A DNA stretch of 24,554 nucleotides from an uncultured archaeon (GTDB taxonomy: Archaea; Iainarchaeota; Iainarchaeia; Iainarchaeales; 0-14-0-20-30-16). The position numbers and the translations under genes were made by a program. The notes under the pieces are model-generated. The model saw only the letters and a program-made list of their open reading frames with translations. It did no database searches and was not told the origin of the DNA. Positions 23,067 to 24,554 of this stretch are shown here, one piece after another (positions within the stretch are counted from its first letter, which is position 1; each line of letters begins with the position of its first letter). The stretch is from assembly GCA_964480435.1 (NCBI GenBank), contig CAYZSS010000008.1, positions 1-24,554 of the forward strand. Reading direction: 5' to 3'.

Positions 23067-24128
23067 TTAATAAACCTTTTGAGCCAAATCAATCTGTTTC
23101 AGGATTTGATTTACCTCAGAAACAAGTCTTTTTTGCACTTCAGGATCTTTTATACGATTCACATAAGTCCCTTTAATAAAATCCAACCACCTTGTTACTA
23201 ATATTGCTGACTCATCCGATATTCTTGAAGGGATAGTTACTTTTTTTAATATGTTACCCACCTGCTCAGAATGTCCATTTTTTAATTCATAATAAGCCCA
23301 GCCAATACCATAAACGTACATATTACCTGATTTCTCAAAAACAGAACTAAAATGCCTTCTCGCTTTTTCAGGATCTTTTGCCATAATTAAAGAAGCATAA
23401 TTAAATTCACTGTCTGATAGGGGAGCAGTTTTTATTAATTCTTCCAATACTTTTCTTGCTAGTTCGGGATTAGAGTAGAACAAACTATAATAGTATACTT
23501 TGTAGTCAAATATGGCTCTTACTTCTTTTATTGGTATAAAAACATCTTCTTCTAGAATTGGAAGATATTTTCCTACTGTTGTTTCATACCGATATCTTTT
23601 TCCATTTATTTCAATACCAACATAACCATGGGTAAATCTATGCCCATAAAAATATTTTACACCTTTCAAGTTCAGAGACCGTAATATTTCCAACATTAAA
23701 TAGGTGCCAATATCACAATCTCTCTGCTTTCTTTCATATGCTTCTTTGAAAGTAACCACACTTTTCTCTTTTTTAGTTATCATAGGTAATTCTTGATTAA
23801 GCAAAATATACAAGGAATCTAGAACAGGGGTTAATTCACCAATATTTCGTATTGATCTTTTATAACTGCCATTTACTTTAGAAAACATTTTTTTTAATAA
23901 TATTTTATAATATTCTTTAGACCTACCATGTTCAACAGCCCCATGTAATCTGCCTTCCACTTCCATTAATGCCTCAAATGAGAAAACTCTTCCTTCAGCC
24001 CTACTTTCAACTATTCTTCGGGGAGACTCAGCATGGTGTTCAGGATTAGCAGCAGAAATAGTAGACAATGATGCCAATAACCCCAATCTTACACCAGTTT
24101 TTCTAAAAAATTCTTTAAGTTTAGGCAT
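23067..24128 (-). CDS. Secreted or membrane-anchored transglutaminase-like (papain-fold) protein with a helical-repeat C-terminal region
   Basis: 353 aa. The N-terminal hydrophobic segment is VRLGLLASLSTISAA. A candidate Cys-His-acid core is QRDCDIGTYLMLEILRSLNLKGVKYFYGHRFTHGYVGIEINGKRYRYETT. The C-terminal half is helical and TPR-like. The family call is tentative. Confidence 0.45.
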   Translation of the reverse strand: MPKLKEFFRKTGVRLGLLASLSTISAANPEHHAESPRRIVESRAEGRVFSFEALMEVEGRLHGAVEHGRSKEYYKILLKKMFSKVNGSYKRSIRNIGELTPVLDSLYILLNQELPMITKKEKSVVTFKEAYERKQRDCDIGTYLMLEILRSLNLKGVKYFYGHRFTHGYVGIEINGKRYRYETTVGKYLPILEEDVFIPIKEVRAIFDYKVYYYSLFYSNPELARKVLEELIKTAPLSDSEFNYASLIMAKDPEKARRHFSSVFEKSGNMYVYGIGWAYYELKNGHSEQVGNILKKVTIPSRISDESAILVTRWLDFIKGTYVNRIKDPEVQKRLVSEVNQILKQIDLAQKVY

Positions 24129-24203
24129 AATTAATCACAAAAAGATAATTTATTATAGATAATGTTTTATGAGAAAACCAATAAAAAGAGAATCTACTTT
24201 GCA

Positions 24204-24216
24204 ACTTCGGTGGGAC
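24204..24216 (-). repeat. Third copy of the tRNA-Arg 3'-terminal sequence (13 nt, GTCCCACCGAAGT)
   Basis: + strand acttcggtgggac is identical to 24459-24471 and 24370-24382. The flanks have diverged: aacttcgg...ccccggg versus gacttcgg...tcgaa. Confidence 0.7.
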
Positions 24217-24234
24217 CCCGGGATTTTAGGAAAA

Positions 24235-24363
24235 AGGAACTTTTGTTTTTGCAAAAGCTTCCTTTAGGCCCTGAAGCAATTTGCCCAAAGCAAATTGGCT
24301 TCTTGGAAAAAGCCTAGGTTGGCAAAAAGCCCACAGGTGGTCTAAGGGTTCTAAAGAACCCTT
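24235..24363. other. Array of three stable hairpins in a GC-enriched spacer (candidate structured ncRNA or terminator array)
   Basis: Hairpin A spans 24235-24263, with 11 bp and one bulged nucleotide at 24258. Hairpin B spans 24273-24302, with 12 bp and one bulged nucleotide at 24298. Hairpin C spans 24344-24363 and is a perfect 8-bp stem, AAGGGTTC-taaa-GAACCCTT. All were checked by hand pairing. Confidence 0.4.
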
Positions 24364-24367
24364 TAAA

Positions 24368-24423
24368 CGACTTCGGTGGGACTCGAAGAGCCTTTTAAAA
24401 AAAGCCTCGGGAAAAATAGAGTC
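24368..24423 (-). pseudogene. Truncated tRNA-Arg-derived copy (5' flank plus first 4 nt and last 20 nt retained, body replaced)
   Basis: On the minus strand, CTTGGGACT (24428-24420) repeats the leader/5' end CTTGG|GACT of tRNA-Arg (24535-24527). TTCGAGTCCCACCGAAGTCG (24387-24368) is identical to the T-loop-to-discriminator segment of the tRNA (24476-24457). The 32 nt in between cannot form a cloverleaf. Confidence 0.6.
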
Positions 24424-24434
24424 CCAAGAAGGAG

Positions 24435-24453
24435 AGGGGGCATAAAGCCCCCT
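24435..24453. repeat. GC hairpin AGGGGGC-ATAAA-GCCCCCT (copy 2 of the element at 1714-1730)
   Basis: 7-bp GC stem with a 5-nt loop, lying 4 nt downstream (on the minus strand) of the tRNA-Arg discriminator base. Its + strand sequence contains the 1714-1730 17-mer pattern plus one extra G:C pair. Confidence 0.6.
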
Positions 24454-24456
24454 ATA

Positions 24457-24530
24457 CGACTTCGGTGGGACTCGAACCCACAATCCCCAGCTTAGAAGGC
24501 TGGTGCCTTATCCGATTAGGCTACGAAGTC
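24457..24530 (-). tRNA. tRNA-Arg (anticodon UCU), no encoded CCA
   Basis: Hand-folded on the minus strand. Acceptor GACTTCG/CGAAGTC, D arm GCCT-AATCGGATA-AGGC, anticodon arm CCAGC-CTTCTAA-GCTGG (anticodon TCT). Variable loop GGATT, T arm GTGGG-TTCGAGT-CCCAC, discriminator G at 24457. Confidence 0.92.
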
Positions 24531-24554
24531 CCAAGCCTTTTTCAAAAAAAGGCA

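Noticed and set aside
24190-24457. RNase P RNA, SRP RNA or a C/D-box sRNA as the identity of the GC-rich spacer
   Set aside because: On neither strand could I find the conserved P4-type GAGGAAAGUCC/ACAGAA motifs, the SRP helix-8 motifs, or C (RUGAUGA) plus D (CUGA) box pairs. A covariance-model scan would be needed for a definitive answer.
24226-24483. 85-aa minus-strand ORF (MWVRVPPKSYRGLY...) covering the spacer next to tRNA-Arg
   Set aside because: It starts (TTG) inside the tRNA-Arg T arm and reads through the tRNA 3' end, the GC hairpin, the tRNA-derived repeat and three more hairpins. Its Pro/Arg/Trp-rich composition is unlike every credible protein in the window. I treat it as an artefact of GC-rich RNA-like sequence.
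24190-24554. Split, trans-spliced or permuted tRNA halves (Nanoarchaeum/Caldivirga style) as an explanation for the repeated tRNA 3' ends
   Set aside because: tRNA-Arg is contiguous and folds canonically without an intron. I could find no 5' acceptor strand (GACTTCG or GU variants) or anticodon arm to partner the extra 3' pieces. I also found no GC-rich complementary leader/trailer pair. I keep this only as a minor alternative inside the finding.
1-24554. CRISPR arrays, transposases, integrases, rRNA genes or prophage blocks
   Set aside because: No regularly spaced direct repeats are present, and no ORF carries recombinase or transposase motifs recognisable by eye. No rRNA-like conserved sequence is present. 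The only mobile-element hint is the set of tRNA-Arg 3'-end repeats, reported separately.

Overview
This window is gene-dense and visibly AT-rich; I did not compute GC content. It is archaeal: it carries a TFB (TFIIB-type) gene, FlaI/FlaJ-like type-IV-filament machinery, tRNA genes without an encoded CCA, and GGAGTGAT/GGTGAT/GAGGTG Shine-Dalgarno-like motifs. The proteins are rich in Lys, Ile and Asn, several have lysine-rich tails, and a bacterial-type gpmI is present. I infer from this an uncultivated, small-genome (DPANN-like) lineage. I support about 27 CDS, 2 tRNAs (Ser-UGA on the + strand, Arg-UCU on the - strand), one interrupted methyltransferase gene and several repeat or hairpin elements. 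The main content is as follows. (1) There are two separate type-IV-filament/secretion-ATPase operons on the minus strand. Locus 1 (1752-7677) encodes a tandem DsbA-like oxidoreductase, a 516-aa ATPase, two small TadB/TadC-like platform proteins and an APH-type kinase. Locus 2 (8881-15215) encodes a 764-aa ATPase, a 757-aa fused platform protein, a pilin-like protein, a Nudix hydrolase and a HEAT-like unknown. TFB lies between the two loci. (2) A GT2 plus GtrA glycosylation pair sits at the left edge. (3) A rubrerythrin, desulfoferrodoxin and membrane-protein cluster is present. (4) A small-enzyme region holds a JAB/MPN protease with an unknown partner, a T4-endonuclease-V-type pyrimidine-dimer glycosylase, two divergent GNATs, and a SAM methyltransferase with a single in-frame TGA. 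(5) An operon encodes a transglutaminase-like protein, bacterial-type iPGM, and a free-standing ThrRS-editing/DTD2-like domain with a lysine-rich tail. (6) The right edge is a GC-rich, hairpin-dense spacer in which the 3' end of tRNA-Arg occurs three times. It also contains a GC hairpin that recurs next to tRNA-Ser 22.7 kb away. I recognised no rRNA, CRISPR array, transposase or integrase. All functional calls come from reading motifs in the ORF translations by eye; no database search was possible.
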